A DNA stretch of 64,000 bases from Myxococcota bacterium. GTDB taxonomy: Bacteria > Myxococcota_A > UBA9160 > UBA6930. The stretch lies in contig OZ245002.1 of NCBI GenBank assembly GCA_965223415.1, forward strand, positions 2,944,001 through 3,008,000, in the 5' to 3' direction. The notes under the pieces were generated by a model. It saw only the letters and a program-made list of their open reading frames with translations. It did no database searches and was not told the origin of the DNA. Positions 62,676 to 64,000 of this stretch are shown in pieces. Position 1 is the stretch's first letter, and each line of letters starts with the position of its first letter. Made by a program: the position numbers and the translations under genes.

Positions 62676-64000
62676 GTGCCTCTCGCGCTTTGGAGATCGA
62701 GCGAGACGAAGGAGAGCAGCTCGCCGTTGCTCATCTCTGTCAGCCTCGCTTCTGGCGCCCCGGTTCCGATCACCGAATCCGCGAGCTCCTTCTTGCTCGA
62801 GATCAGCTCGTCGATGCGCTCCTCGACCGTTCCCTTGCAGACGAACTTCTGCACCAGCACGTTCCGTTTCTGACCGATCCGAAAGGCGCGATCGGTGGCC
62901 TGGTCCTCCACGGCCGGATTCCACCAGCGATCGAAGTGAACGACGTGAGAGGCGGCCGTCAGGTTGAGACCCGTGCCTCCCGCCTTCAATGAGAGCACCA
63001 TGAAGGGGATGCCGTCCCGCTCCTGGAACTCCTTTACGAGCTGCTGACGCTTCCGCACGGCCGTGCCTCCGTGCAGCACGTGTCCGGGGTTTCCGAAGCA
63101 GCGCGCGAGAAGGTCCGCCAGGGGCCCGGTCAACTCGCGGAACTGGGTGAACACGAGGACCTTCTCCTGGCGAGCGGCGATCGGCTCGCAGAGCTCGCGG
63201 AGCCGAGCGAACTTCCCGCTCGAATCCGAGGCGTATTCGCCGTCGCCGAGCCACTGGGAGGGATGGTTGCATATCTGCTTGAACCGGGTCAGGAAGGCCA
63301 ACACCACACCTCGCCGCTCGATTCCGTCCACTCCTCTCAGGGCCCGCTTCAGCTCGTCGACGGAAGCCTGGTAGAGGACAGCCTGCGACTTCTCGAGCAG
63401 GCAGTAGGCCGTCACCTCGGTCTTCTCCGGAAGATCGGAGATCACCTTCGGATCGGTCTTGAGGCGGCGGAGGGTGTAGGGCCGGACGAGCCGCCGAAGG
63501 AACGCGTAGCCGCCCTCCTTGCCGGCGCTCAAGGCCTTGCAGAAGCTCGCGAACTCCTTCGACGAGCCGAGCAGCCCCGGATTCAGGAAGTCGAAGATCG
63601 ACCAGAGGTCCCCGAGCTGGTTTTCCACCGGAGTGCCCGTGAGCGCGAGCTTCCACCGCGCGCGGAGCCGCTTGACGGCGCGCGTCTGCTTGGCGCTCGG
63701 GTTCTTGATGGCCTGGGCCTCGTCGAGGACGACGCAGCGCCAATCGCGCTCCTTCAGCGAAGTGCTGCGCAGTACCGTTCCGTAGGTAGTGACGACGGCG
63801 TCGTAGGCGGTGAACTCGCGCTCGGAGAGGCCCTCGAGCTGCCGAGTCGGAATCCGCGAGGGATGCGCGATCATCACCCGGAGCTGAGGCGCGAACCGGG
63901 CCAGCTCCGCACGCCAGTTCTCGACGAGAGAGGCGGGGACGACCAGGAGATCCGTGCCGGCCTCGCCGCGCCCACGGCGCAGCAGCGACAGGAGCGCGAT
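62672..64000 (-). CDS. SNF2-family helicase (C-terminal part, runs off the window)
   Basis: LDEAQAIKN, LTGTPVEN, SLKAGGTGLNLT, QATDRAFRIGQ. Confidence 0.96.
   Translation of the reverse strand: MALLSLLRRGRGEAGTDLLVVPASLVENWRAELARFAPQLRVMIAHPSRIPTRQLEGLSEREFTAYDAVVTTYGTVLRSTSLKERDWRCVVLDEAQAIKNPSAKQTRAVKRLRARWKLALTGTPVENQLGDLWSIFDFLNPGLLGSSKEFASFCKALSAGKEGGYAFLRRLVRPYTLRRLKTDPKVISDLPEKTEVTAYCLLEKSQAVLYQASVDELKRALRGVDGIERRGVVLAFLTRFKQICNHPSQWLGDGEYASDSSGKFARLRELCEPIAARQEKVLVFTQFRELTGPLADLLARCFGNPGHVLHGGTAVRKRQQLVKEFQERDGIPFMVLSLKAGGTGLNLTAASHVVHFDRWWNPAVEDQATDRAFRIGQKRNVLVQKFVCKGTVEERIDELISSKKELADSVIGTGAPEARLTEMSNGELLSFVSLDLQSARGT

Overview
High-GC bacterial chromosomal window with about 60 densely packed genes. 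PEP-CTERM, sigma54 and surface-anchor features suggest a Myxococcota-like organism, but this is inference only. Most genes are metabolic or lipid/aromatic-catabolic: fhs, gdhA-like, a TPP enzyme, SDRs, an acyl-CoA dehydrogenase pair, several amidohydrolases and a Mo-oxidoreductase. The window also has ftsH, an ATP-dependent DNA ligase, alr, three TetR modules with visible operators, a sigma54 two-component region, an ECF-sigma operon and a partial SNF2-SWIM pair at the right edge. No rRNA, tRNA or CRISPR array was seen. Highlights: (1) a selenoprotein split by the ORF track, a 3-TM membrane-anchored peroxiredoxin-like protein with W-U-P-F-C and a clean SECIS hairpin, lying 22 bp upstream of an FG-GAP surface protein with a 'CGLGxEL' C-terminal anchor; (2) an intact IS1380 inserted exactly into the CTAG that forms the overlapping stop codons of a convergent regulator/kinase pair; (3) a rearrangement scar where a 45-bp relic of a paralogous surface-protein gene abuts a truncated amidohydrolase; (4) a secreted protein with three exact 71-aa four-Cys repeats; (5) a candidate structured RNA at the left edge; (6) a degenerate HATPase-like ORF behind a sigma54 promoter. 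All product calls come from motif recognition, not database searches.
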